Part shown: piece after piece, positions 27,094-36,027 of the stretch
Layout: every line of letters begins with the position of its first letter
Numbering within the stretch: the stretch's first letter is position 1
From: an uncultured Gammaproteobacteria bacterium
Lineage (GTDB): Bacteria; Patescibacteriota; Microgenomatia; Daviesbacterales; UBA10151
DNA length: 64,000 bases
Direction of reading: 5' to 3'
Assembly (NCBI GenBank): GCA_964649615.1
Contig: CAZYPW010000008.1
Span: 574-64,573, forward strand
The notes under the pieces: model-generated
Database searches by the model: none
What the model was told of the DNA's origin: nothing
The model's input: the letters and a program-made list of their open reading frames with translations, nothing else
Made by a program: the position numbers and the translations under genes

Positions 27094-28040
27094 AAATTAT
27101 ATTACAAAAATTTTCTAAATTTAGGATCCCTACCTTCTTAGGTTTAGGGATCATCTTAGCCGGAATTATCACCGGAGTTTTCTTAATCTTAAAAGACCAG
27201 CAGCCATTTTTTGCCAAAGCTGATCTTAATTTTAAACCTGAACCAATTGTTACTAATATTTTAAGTGATTCTGTTACTATTTCATTTAAAACTGAAGCCT
27301 CTATCCCTGCTTTTATTAACTATGGAATTAATTCCATAGAAGAAAACGGAACCCGTGATGATAGAGATACTGATAAACCTCCTGCGCCGCGACAAATTCA
27401 TTATTTTACCATTAAAAATTTACAACCTGATACAGCTTACCAATATAGGGTTACTGTTGGAAAGAGTAAATTTGAAATACAACCTCCTTTTAAAACTGCT
27501 AAGGCAGAAACGCTACAGAATGGCTTCAACCCCATTATTGGAACTGTTTTATCAGGTAATACCCCTTTAAATGAAGGTCTTGTTTATCTTACTATAGCTA
27601 ACGCCAAACCCCAGTCAGCTTTAGTGAAAAATAACGGCAATTTTTTGATTCCTCTTACCTTTATCCGAAAAGAGGATTTATCAGATGTTTTAGTACCTGA
27701 AGATAAAACTCCTGCTAAATTAACTATTATCTCTGCCGAGGGGGAAGCCATGGTTTTACTCCCTTTAAAAGCTGATAGTGATATTCTTGATGCTATACGA
27801 TTAGGTGATAAACTAGACCTGACTGACCCCAACCCATCACCTACCCCAGACATTTCACCAAAAGAAATCATAACTTTTGATTTAAATGGTGATGGTCAAA
27901 TAAATGCAGCAGACAATGCCATCATTTTAAAAAATTTTGGCAATAATCCAAGTAATAAAAAGGCTGATTTAGATGGTAATGGAAAAGTAGATAATGAAGA
28001 TTTAAAAATAATGGCTGAAAAAATCAGTGAGCAAAATTAA
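27090..28040 (+). CDS. Membrane-anchored FN3/purple-acid-phosphatase-N domain protein with C-terminal dockerin-like repeats
   Basis: HYFTIKNLQPDTAYQY; DLNGDGQINAAD...ADLDGNGKVDNED. Confidence 0.75.
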   Translation: MKIILQKFSKFRIPTFLGLGIILAGIITGVFLILKDQQPFFAKADLNFKPEPIVTNILSDSVTISFKTEASIPAFINYGINSIEENGTRDDRDTDKPPAPRQIHYFTIKNLQPDTAYQYRVTVGKSKFEIQPPFKTAKAETLQNGFNPIIGTVLSGNTPLNEGLVYLTIANAKPQSALVKNNGNFLIPLTFIRKEDLSDVLVPEDKTPAKLTIISAEGEAMVLLPLKADSDILDAIRLGDKLDLTDPNPSPTPDISPKEIITFDLNGDGQINAADNAIILKNFGNNPSNKKADLDGNGKVDNEDLKIMAEKISEQN

Positions 28041-28687
28041 AGGAACTGATTGATTAATATAAATTCTGCTTGACCCATCTCTAACTGACCCGATTTAATT
28101 TTAAAGTCTATTTCTAAAGTACTTTTGTAAAGATTTTTAATTTTTTCTTGATCAAACCTTTTTCTTTGCCTCATCAATTTTTGTGCAACAAATGATGGAG
28201 CATTTTTTGGAGTAACTACTAAATTCCTCAGTAGATAAAATATCATGGTGATAAAATATTGGATCTCAAAACCTGCCTCTTTTAATTTTTTTAATTCTAA
28301 GTGGGCTTTATCCTCACCACTTGCTAACATATCTAAAAAGGAGAAAATAGACCTTTCTTTTTTCTCGGGAAAAAATAAAACCTGGCCATTTTTCTTAAAG
28401 TAATCAAAAATAGGTTTTTTCTCTGTAATCTCATGGTCAAACCAAACTATTAGATTAGTTGGTAGTGGATTGATAGTGGGTGGTTGAAAATTCTCATCTG
28501 GATTTTCTAAAATAACCAATCTTTCTCCCTGCAGAAGTGGCATGGTGGTTAAACTGGCCAGAATCTCTTCTATATTTGACCCTTCCTCAAAAACCACTAC
28601 ATTACTCCCATCAAATTTAGCTTTATCCTGCAAAAGTTTTTTTCTGGAAATTACTTTAGCGCTCCCGTGCAGAAGAAGTAGCTGCAT
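28037..28687 (-). CDS. holA: DNA polymerase III delta subunit-like (short)
   Basis: RLVILEN, IFSFLDML, LEIDFKIKSG. Confidence 0.65.
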   Translation of the reverse strand: MQLLLLHGSAKVISRKKLLQDKAKFDGSNVVVFEEGSNIEEILASLTTMPLLQGERLVILENPDENFQPPTINPLPTNLIVWFDHEITEKKPIFDYFKKNGQVLFFPEKKERSIFSFLDMLASGEDKAHLELKKLKEAGFEIQYFITMIFYLLRNLVVTPKNAPSFVAQKLMRQRKRFDQEKIKNLYKSTLEIDFKIKSGQLEMGQAEFILINQFL

Positions 28688-29852
28688 TTTTTATATCCTC
28701 CTCAAATACTCTTTTAATATATTGGTGGATGGTTGTAAAGTCATCATCTTGAGAAATTAACACATAAGCTCCACCATAATCTTGGGATGAAGGATGAAAG
28801 AAGATGGAATCATCTAAAACTATAGAATGGGTTTGTTTTAAATCTTTGGTTAGTTTAAAAAACTCGGTAGCATCTTTTAAAGAAATGTCTGTATCTATGT
28901 TTTTGCCTAAAACTTGCAGTAAATCCCCTAATTTTTTAGGGTTAGTTAATGTCTCAACTGATAAAACTTTATCTCTAATTGCCTGGATGACTTTTTCCTG
29001 TCTTTTTGATCTGGCAAAATCTGATCCTTCTCCACTGGTACCATGCCTTGAGCGGACAAACTTTAAGGCAGTTTCTCCATCCATTAAGTTTAAACCTTTA
29101 TCAAAATAAAGATGCTCATATCTACAAGAAAAATATTTTGCTCCCTGGTCTTCTTGGGCAGAATCTGTAGCAATGCGCCCTTCTGGAGAAATAAACACTT
29201 TTCTTATGCCAGCTTCTATATTTAATGCTTTTGCCTCATCTTCTGAAAAATCTTTTTCTTCTTCTTTATAACCGCAAAGGTCATTTTCTTTGCCGGTAAT
29301 GGGGTAATTGTAATCATCAAAGGTTTTGGAAACCTCAACCTCTATCCCCCCCATAGCATCTATCGCTTCCACAAAACCATGAAAATCAATTCTTAAGCTA
29401 TATTGAATTGGCAAACCTATAACATTCCCTATTACAGTTTTGGCAAAACTTAAGCCGTTTCTGTCTTTTAAACCTGTTTGATAAACTGCATTTGTCTTAG
29501 ATTGTAAAGCAGGCAGCCAAAGATCTCGGGGAATAGAGATCAGATGCAGCTGTTTATTTTTTAAATCATAAGATCCTACTAAAATTGTATCTGTTAGGGT
29601 TGCTCCATCGTGTTTGCCTCCTGCCATGCCTAAAAGTAAAACATTAACCCTGCCTTCATCTGAGGCAAGGGAGGTACCTGTAATAATTAAATTGACAACA
29701 GGTGAAGAGCCAGAAAAGGTAGATAAAAAAATAGCCAAAAAAATCAGGGCTGAAATTACTAAACCAATGGGTAAAAATTTCCTTAAAATTTTTCTAAAAC
29801 GTTTAGTTTTAAGATTACTTTTTTCTCCTAATTCTAAATCTATCCTTCTCAC
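28656..29852 (-). CDS. LytR-CpsA-Psr (LCP) family protein
   Basis: NVLLLG, LTDTIL, ISIPRDLW, ALKFVRSRH, DFARSKRQ. Confidence 0.93.
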   Translation of the reverse strand: MRRIDLELGEKSNLKTKRFRKILRKFLPIGLVISALIFLAIFLSTFSGSSPVVNLIITGTSLASDEGRVNVLLLGMAGGKHDGATLTDTILVGSYDLKNKQLHLISIPRDLWLPALQSKTNAVYQTGLKDRNGLSFAKTVIGNVIGLPIQYSLRIDFHGFVEAIDAMGGIEVEVSKTFDDYNYPITGKENDLCGYKEEEKDFSEDEAKALNIEAGIRKVFISPEGRIATDSAQEDQGAKYFSCRYEHLYFDKGLNLMDGETALKFVRSRHGTSGEGSDFARSKRQEKVIQAIRDKVLSVETLTNPKKLGDLLQVLGKNIDTDISLKDATEFFKLTKDLKQTHSIVLDDSIFFHPSSQDYGGAYVLISQDDDFTTIHQYIKRVFEEDIKNAATSSARER

Positions 29853-29857
29853 AAATT

Positions 29858-30544
29858 CTACCTTTCACAAACCTCAATTATTTTAATAAACTCCTGCGGA
29901 TCTAAAGAAGCTTTCCCAATTAAAAATCCACTAATATTTACTTTTTCGATAAAACTTTTGGCATTGTCTGCATTAACACTTCCTCCATATAAAACTTCTA
30001 AATCTGGGCCTACTTTCTCCTTTAAAGCACCTGCTACATTATTAGCATTTTCTGGAGTATCAGGATTTCCACTGCCTATGGCAAAAACTGGCTCATAGGC
30101 TACTAGCTTACAACCTTCTGGTACTAGCGTTTCTAAATTTTGAACACAAACTAAAGGGATAATCTGATTATTTAAAGCCTCTGATGTTTTTTTACTAACC
30201 ACTTCATCTGATTCAAAGAAATTCTCTCTTCTTTCAGAATGCCCTAGAATTGCTAAATTAACCATTTGCCCTAAAAGCTCTGCAGCTTCCTCACCAGTAT
30301 ATGCACCAACTCCATAGGCTGATAAATCTTGAGCCCCCACAGCCATATTAAAGTTATTCACTTTTATTTCTTTGGCTACCTCAGAAAGGCAAGAAAAAGT
30401 TGGGCAAACTACCACATTTAAAGCATCACTTTGAGGCACTTTTGGTCCCACCTTAGATATCCAATCCAAAGCTTCACTAATAGTTTTATTACTTTTCCAA
30501 TTAGCAATAATCCAAATAGTTTTATTGTTTTCCCCACCATCCAT
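29858..30544 (-). CDS. tpiA: Triosephosphate isomerase
   Basis: ANWKSN, GAYTGE, LGHSERR, VAYEPVFAIG, LYGGSV. Confidence 0.95.
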   Translation of the reverse strand: MDGGENNKTIWIIANWKSNKTISEALDWISKVGPKVPQSDALNVVVCPTFSCLSEVAKEIKVNNFNMAVGAQDLSAYGVGAYTGEEAAELLGQMVNLAILGHSERRENFFESDEVVSKKTSEALNNQIIPLVCVQNLETLVPEGCKLVAYEPVFAIGSGNPDTPENANNVAGALKEKVGPDLEVLYGGSVNADNAKSFIEKVNISGFLIGKASLDPQEFIKIIEVCER

Positions 30545-30604
30545 ATTTTTTTAAGTCTATCATGAAACCAGAAGATACTTCCACACCTTCAGTTTTAAGG
30601 AGGT

Positions 30605-30862
30605 TCAATTTTGTAATAAGCTCAGTAAATCTTGTTTTGAAGTAACCCCAATTTTTCTGCCAACTTCTTTACCGTCTTTTTCAATAACATAAGTAGGGAT
30701 ACTCATTACCCCATATTTAGAAGATATTCCAGGTTTTTCATCCACATTAATCCTTTCAATTTCAATCTTACCCTCAAGCTCTTTTTCTATCTCATCGATA
30801 ATAGGGTTCATAATCTTACATGGACCACACCAAGGGGCCCAGAAATCTAAAAGCTTAACCAT
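30605..30862 (-). CDS. trxA: Thioredoxin
   Basis: FWAPWCGPCK, VMSIPT. Confidence 0.93.
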   Translation of the reverse strand: MVKLLDFWAPWCGPCKIMNPIIDEIEKELEGKIEIERINVDEKPGISSKYGVMSIPTYVIEKDGKEVGRKIGVTSKQDLLSLLQN

Positions 30863-30920
30863 AGACGAGTATCATAGCACAACAATTTCATTTAGAAAAT
30901 ATGTTAATATATGCTCCGTT

Positions 30921-32822
30921 ATGCCCTCTACTTCGACTACTCTCAGTACTAATAGTCTTCTGGATGATCTAAACCCACAGCAACAATTAGCAGTAAAACA
31001 AATTGAAGGGCCTGTTTTAATCTTGGCTGGAGCAGGATCTGGTAAAACCAGAGCTTTAACTTATCGTGTGGCTTATTTAATTAAAGAAAAAAAAGTTGCT
31101 CCGGAAAATATCCTGGTAATGACTTTTACAAATAAGGCCGCTGGTGAAATGATTGACCGAATTCTCAAACTCCTCAACTACAACCTACAACCTATAACCT
31201 ATAACCTACCCATGATGGGCACTTTTCATTCTTTTTGCGCCAGAGTCTTAAGGCGTGATGGCAAAGAACTAGGACTGCCCCCAGGATTTGCTATCTACGA
31301 TGAGTCTGATGCGCTAGATGCTATCAAAGAAGCAATGGGAAATCTTAATATTCCTACCCAAAAAACTTCTCCCTCTGCTGTCAGAAATACTATCTCTTCT
31401 GCAAAAAATGAGCTGATCTCTTCTTTGGAGTATCCAAGATATGCCAGAGGTTATTTTCAGGGAATAGTGGCCAAAATATATCTTGAATATCAAAAGATTT
31501 TAGAGAAAAATTATGCTTTGGATTTTGATGATCTATTGCTTTATACTATCAAACTTTTCCAAACATCTCCTGCTATCTTAACCCGTTATCAAATTAAGTT
31601 CCAATATATCTTAATAGATGAATATCAAGATACAAACCCTGCTCAATATTTAATTTCTAAGTATTTGGCAAACCGCCATAAAAATATTTGTGTAGTTGGG
31701 GATGCTGCACAATCGATTTACTCATTTCGGGGAGCAGATTTTAGAAATATTGTTAATTTTGAAAAAGACTATTCGAATTGCAAAATTTTTAATCTGGAAC
31801 AAAACTACAGATCTACTCAAAATATTTTAGATGCAGCTACTTCTGTTATTTCTAAAAATAAATCTCATCCTATTTTGAAGCTCTGGACAGAAAAAAAGCA
31901 GGGAGAAAAAATAGAAATAGTGGAAGTTAGAAATGAGGTTGAAGAGGCCTTATTTATCATTAACCACCTCCGAGGTGAAAAAATGCGCTTACACCTCGGA
32001 GGTGTAGCCGTACTTTATAGAACAAATGCCCAATCCAGATCTTTGGAAGAACAATTTTTAAAATCAGGCGTGCCTTATAAATTAGTCGGCGGGGTAAGTT
32101 TTTATCAAAGAAAAGAAATTAAAGATGTGCTTTCGTACTTGCGGCTTATGCAAAATCCTAAGGACTCAGTTTCTATAAAAAGAGCAGAAAAGATTGGCAA
32201 AGGCAGGCTGGCAAAACTAATGGAACTTTATGCAGAAATATCTGTAAATTTGGATCAATATTCTACCTTAGAACTGTTGGACAAAATTTTAGAAAAAACA
32301 GGTTATTTAGCTTACCTTGATGATAGCACAGAGGAGGGAAAAGGAAGAGTGGAAAATGTTAAGGAGCTAAGATCTGTAGCTGAGGAATTTCCTAATTTGG
32401 TAGACTTTTTAGAAAACGTGGCTTTAGTAGAAAATGGATCTAATCCCCGTAAAAAAGAGGACCAGGATGCAGTCACTTTAATGACTCTGCATTCTGCTAA
32501 AGGATTAGAATTTCCTACTATTTTTATAGTAGGCATGGAGGAAGGATTATTCCCACACTCCAGAGCAATGCTTGATATGAACGAGCTAGAGGAGGAAAGA
32601 AGGCTTTGTTATGTAGGTATCACCCGTGCTAAAGAAAAATTATTTTTAACTTATACTAGAAACAGGCTTTATTTTGGCCAAAGAAGTAATAATTTAGTCT
32701 CTCGCTTTTTAGCAGATATACCAGAGCAATTAATTATCTCCAATAGCAAATTCCAAGATCAGGATCAATTTCTAGATGATGTCAGTACTAGTTATGATAG
32801 TGAAGATTGGCTAAAGGTTTAA
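30921..32822 (+). CDS. pcrA: UvrD/PcrA DNA helicase
   Basis: LAGAGSGKT, TFTNKAA, IDEYQDTN, LEQNYRST, MTLHSAKGLEF, EEERRLCYVGITRA. Confidence 0.96.
   Translation: MPSTSTTLSTNSLLDDLNPQQQLAVKQIEGPVLILAGAGSGKTRALTYRVAYLIKEKKVAPENILVMTFTNKAAGEMIDRILKLLNYNLQPITYNLPMMGTFHSFCARVLRRDGKELGLPPGFAIYDESDALDAIKEAMGNLNIPTQKTSPSAVRNTISSAKNELISSLEYPRYARGYFQGIVAKIYLEYQKILEKNYALDFDDLLLYTIKLFQTSPAILTRYQIKFQYILIDEYQDTNPAQYLISKYLANRHKNICVVGDAAQSIYSFRGADFRNIVNFEKDYSNCKIFNLEQNYRSTQNILDAATSVISKNKSHPILKLWTEKKQGEKIEIVEVRNEVEEALFIINHLRGEKMRLHLGGVAVLYRTNAQSRSLEEQFLKSGVPYKLVGGVSFYQRKEIKDVLSYLRLMQNPKDSVSIKRAEKIGKGRLAKLMELYAEISVNLDQYSTLELLDKILEKTGYLAYLDDSTEEGKGRVENVKELRSVAEEFPNLVDFLENVALVENGSNPRKKEDQDAVTLMTLHSAKGLEFPTIFIVGMEEGLFPHSRAMLDMNELEEERRLCYVGITRAKEKLFLTYTRNRLYFGQRSNNLVSRFLADIPEQLIISNSKFQDQDQFLDDVSTSYDSEDWLKV
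30929..30948. repeat. CTTCGAC..CTCAG family element at the pcrA N-terminus
   Basis: TACTTCGACTACTCTCAGTA; peptide TSTTLST. Confidence 0.6.
31174..31208. repeat. Heptamer array in frame in pcrA
   Basis: TCAACTA CAACCTA CAACCTA TAACCTA TAACCTA; peptide NYNLQPITYNL. Confidence 0.85.
31965..32006. repeat. Doublet of CACCTC.GAGGTG palindromes in frame in pcrA
   Basis: CACCTCCGAGGTG and TACACCTCGGAGGTGTA; peptide HLRGEKMRLHLGGV. Confidence 0.8.
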
Positions 32823-33562
32823 TGGAAAGATACTTAGGCATTATCTTAATAATTATTATGACTCTTTTTGCCAAAAACTTTTGGCATAATCCTGCAGTAT
32901 TAGGTGAAAGCTCTCCCTCCCCCACAGAAACTTTGCCAATTAACCAACCAGTCACTACTGAATCTTCTTTTACAGAAAAGTTAGAGGAAGAAACAGAAAT
33001 TTTAGCTAAAAAAACAATTTATCAAGATGACCCGGAAACAGAAGCCGGAGAAGAAAAGGTTTTGGAAGAAGGGGGAGATGGCAAAAGAGTCAGGATTATA
33101 AAAATTACTTATATAAAACCAGCAAACACCTCGGGGGTGGGCCTTGACTCCTTCGAGGTAAGCCAAAATGAGGAGTACTCAAGAGAAATAGTATCTTCTG
33201 AAACTACTCCTCCAAAAGATAAAAAGATTTTACGGGGAACTAAAATTGTCTGGAAAACTTTGGATACTCCTGATGGAGAGATTAGATACTGGAAAAAGAT
33301 GAGGGTTTATGCTACCCATTATGATTCACACTGTTTGGGTTGTAATGAATGGACAGCTATTGGGATGAGAGCAGGCAAAGGGGTTATTGCTGTTGATCCA
33401 AAGGTAATCCCTTTAAGAAGTAAAGTTTATGTACCGGAATACGGTACAGCAGTTGCCGGAGATACAGGAGGAGCAATAAAAGGAAATATCATTGACTTAG
33501 GATTTGATGATGCCAGAATAGCAGGCTGGACAGCCAGATTTGTAGATATCTATCTACTTTGA
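32822..33562 (+). CDS. G5 + 3D domain cell-wall protein
   Basis: TM, EEGGDGK G5-like region, VIAVDPKVIPLRS, AGDTGGAIKGNIIDL. Confidence 0.88.
   Translation: MERYLGIILIIIMTLFAKNFWHNPAVLGESSPSPTETLPINQPVTTESSFTEKLEEETEILAKKTIYQDDPETEAGEEKVLEEGGDGKRVRIIKITYIKPANTSGVGLDSFEVSQNEEYSREIVSSETTPPKDKKILRGTKIVWKTLDTPDGEIRYWKKMRVYATHYDSHCLGCNEWTAIGMRAGKGVIAVDPKVIPLRSKVYVPEYGTAVAGDTGGAIKGNIIDLGFDDARIAGWTARFVDIYLL
33127..33159. repeat. Degenerate CACCTC.GAGGTG doublet in the G5 domain
   Basis: CACCTCGGGGGTG ... GACTCCTTCGAGGT; peptide NTSGVGLDSFEV. Confidence 0.55.
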
Positions 33563-33607
33563 ACTTCCCTATTGTAAAAAGATAAAAAATTCTGTTAATA
33601 TCTGGCA

Positions 33608-34267
33608 ATGCCGAAAAAAGTTAAATCAGTAAAAATAACTGCTAATCCAATTAACAGTAGTACCAATTTTTTAATGGCTTTACCTGAAAGGATAATTTCC
33701 TACCGCCCTTCTAAAAAAGTTTCTTTGATTCTTTTGGCTGCTGGTATTTTACTGTTAGCCGTTTTTAAAAAAGAGTGGTTTATTGCAGCAACTGTTAATG
33801 GATCCCTAATCACTAATTTAGAAGTACAAATGAAATTAAACCAGCAATTTAAAAATCAGATTTTAACTCAACTGATCAATGAAAAATTAATTTTATCTGA
33901 GGCTGCAAAGATGGGGACTTTACCATCTGATGCTGAAATAGATGCTAAAGTAGCAGAGGTAGAAGCAAGATTAGGAGGAACAGAAACTCTTAATTCCCTG
34001 CTCGCCCAACAAAATGCCTCCAAAGAAACTTTTAGAAACCAGTTAAAATTAGAGTTAGCAATTACCAAACTATATGAAAAAGAAGCTACATTTTCTGCAG
34101 AAGAGCTACAAAAATTTATGGAAGATAATAAAAATGTCTTACAATCAACAGATTCTGCTTCTTTACAAAAAGAAGCATCAGATATGTTAAGGCAACAAAA
34201 ACTTTCCCAAATCTTTAACCAAAAATTTCAAGAACTTAAAGAAAAAGCAAATATTCAGATTTTTTAG
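33608..34267 (+). CDS. SurA/PrsA N-terminal-domain chaperone
   Basis: AATVNGSLIT, LINEKLILSEA, LKEKANIQIF. Confidence 0.8.
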   Translation: MPKKVKSVKITANPINSSTNFLMALPERIISYRPSKKVSLILLAAGILLLAVFKKEWFIAATVNGSLITNLEVQMKLNQQFKNQILTQLINEKLILSEAAKMGTLPSDAEIDAKVAEVEARLGGTETLNSLLAQQNASKETFRNQLKLELAITKLYEKEATFSAEELQKFMEDNKNVLQSTDSASLQKEASDMLRQQKLSQIFNQKFQELKEKANIQIF

Positions 34268-34279
34268 TACAATGGTCGA

Positions 34280-35287
34280 ATGGATTTACGGCCAATTACT
34301 GACAAACAAAAATCCCAATATAACAAACTGGTTACCCATGTTATCCAGTCCTGGGAATGGGGGAAATTTCGCAAAAGTTTGGGGATACCAGTTGTAAGAT
34401 ATGGATTATACAAAAATGACAAATTATCAAAAGCATTCCAGCTAACCTTACACAAAATTCCATTCACAGACAAATTTGTAGGTTACCTGCCAAAAGGCCC
34501 GTTCCCGAATAAAGATTTGGCAGGGACTCTTGAAAAAATTGGCAAAGAATATCATTGTGCTTTTATAAAACTTGAACCGAATGTAGAGGTTACAGGTAAT
34601 AGGTTACAGGTTACAGGAAACCTCATTAAATCTCCTAAACCACTTTTTACAAAATACAACTTCGTACTAGATCTGACAAAATCCGAGGAGGAACTTTTAA
34701 AAAATATGCACCCTAAAACCAGATACAATATTAAAGTAGCTCAAAAACATGGAGTTAAAGTAGAAGAAAGAGTAGATGATGAAGCTTTCAAAATTTATTT
34801 AAAATTATATTTTGAGACAACTAAACGCCAGGGTTATCATGGCCATAATGAAAACTACCACAGAAAAGTTTGGGAAACTTTGAAAAAAGAAAATATGGCT
34901 ACCTTATTAATAGCCACCCTAAAAAGTGCGCCTCTAACTGCCTGGATGCTGCTCAAATTTAGGGATACTCTATACTATCCATACGGTGGTTCATCGCTTG
35001 CCCATAGAGAAGCTATGGCCAATAATTTAGTAGCCTGGGAGGCTATAAAATTAGGCAAAAAAATGGGCCTTAAAAAATTTGATATGTGGGGAGCATTGAG
35101 TTCTGATGCCAACCCTCAAGATCCCTGGTTCGGATTCCATAAATTCAAACAAGGTTATGGTGGAAAATTAGTTGAGTATATCGGCACATATGATTTAGTT
35201 TTCAACTGGCCAATTTACATCTTGTTTACAGCTATTGACAAATTGACTCCTTTAAAAATTGCCCTCCTGAAATTGCTAAAAAAGTAA
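34280..35287 (+). CDS. FemABX-family peptidoglycan aminoacyltransferase
   Basis: QSWEWGKF, KTRYNIKVAQKHGV, YYPYGGS, FKQGYGG. Confidence 0.93.
   Translation: MDLRPITDKQKSQYNKLVTHVIQSWEWGKFRKSLGIPVVRYGLYKNDKLSKAFQLTLHKIPFTDKFVGYLPKGPFPNKDLAGTLEKIGKEYHCAFIKLEPNVEVTGNRLQVTGNLIKSPKPLFTKYNFVLDLTKSEEELLKNMHPKTRYNIKVAQKHGVKVEERVDDEAFKIYLKLYFETTKRQGYHGHNENYHRKVWETLKKENMATLLIATLKSAPLTAWMLLKFRDTLYYPYGGSSLAHREAMANNLVAWEAIKLGKKMGLKKFDMWGALSSDANPQDPWFGFHKFKQGYGGKLVEYIGTYDLVFNWPIYILFTAIDKLTPLKIALLKLLKK
34587..34617. repeat. Heptamer array in frame in the femAB-like gene
   Basis: AGGTTAC AGGTAAT AGGTTAC AGGTTAC AGG; peptide EVTGNRLQVTG. Confidence 0.85.
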
Positions 35288-35701
35288 ATCACGAGCCACC
35301 TTATAACCCTTATTCTTATAAAACTCATCAAAAGACAAAATAATACCTGCTTTATGCTGCTTTGCCAGTGCCAAAATCAAACAATCAAAGGGGGTATGGT
35401 GTTTAGAGGCTAATGCGTCAAAGTAGCTGACTGAATTCATAAAATCTTCCTGGGAAACAGCTATTACCAATAGATTAGGGTCCGTATATTGTTGTAACAA
35501 TTCATTAGTAAGCTGGGGGTTGTTGTAACGCCTTTGAATAGTTGTGGCAGCTTCAACCAAAGCAGAAACAGGAAATAATACCTTTGCTCCACTCTCAATC
35601 AACTTCTGTGCTATTTTTAGTGCATAAATGTGGTTGGAATCATTTTCCATCATCTGGGAGATTAAAAAATCAGCATCACAGACACAAACCTGATTATCCA
35701 T
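35276..35701 (-). CDS. PIN-domain (VapC-like) toxin
   Basis: VCDADFLI, ALVEA, PFDCLILA, LSFD. Confidence 0.85.
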   Translation of the reverse strand: MDNQVCVCDADFLISQMMENDSNHIYALKIAQKLIESGAKVLFPVSALVEAATTIQRRYNNPQLTNELLQQYTDPNLLVIAVSQEDFMNSVSYFDALASKHHTPFDCLILALAKQHKAGIILSFDEFYKNKGYKVARDLLF

Positions 35702-35969
35702 TTTTATTGCCCTGACCCTGCCACATCTTATCTATCTCTTCTAAAGCACTACTCTTTGGCAATTTGCCAGTTTGATATTTTTTACCCAACTCAGCTAGTT
35801 TAAGCAAAGACTTTGCAGAGGCATTTTTTTGAGAGCTGGCAGTCTCCAAACCTGCTTCAAGGGCGGCTCTTATGACTTCGGCCTGGCTAGTGCCCTCGCT
35901 ATCAGCAACCTTTTTTATCCTCTCTTTTATGTACGCTGGTATATACATCATGGTCTTTTGCATTTGCAT
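35694..35969 (-). CDS. Ribbon-helix-helix antitoxin
   Basis: KTMMYIP...SQAEVIRAAL; ATG 35969 follows a TATAAT box. Confidence 0.8.
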   Translation of the reverse strand: MQMQKTMMYIPAYIKERIKKVADSEGTSQAEVIRAALEAGLETASSQKNASAKSLLKLAELGKKYQTGKLPKSSALEEIDKMWQGQGNKNG

Positions 35970-35991
35970 AATATAATCATTATACCACAAA

Positions 35992-36018
35992 TACCATATA
36001 TGTCAAGTATATATGGTA
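35992..36018. promoter_or_regulatory. 10-bp inverted repeat over the -35 of the TA promoter (probable antitoxin operator)
   Basis: TACCATATAT-gtcaagt-ATATATGGTA, containing a minus-strand TTGACA. Confidence 0.7.
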
Positions 36019-36027
36019 AATCAGCTC

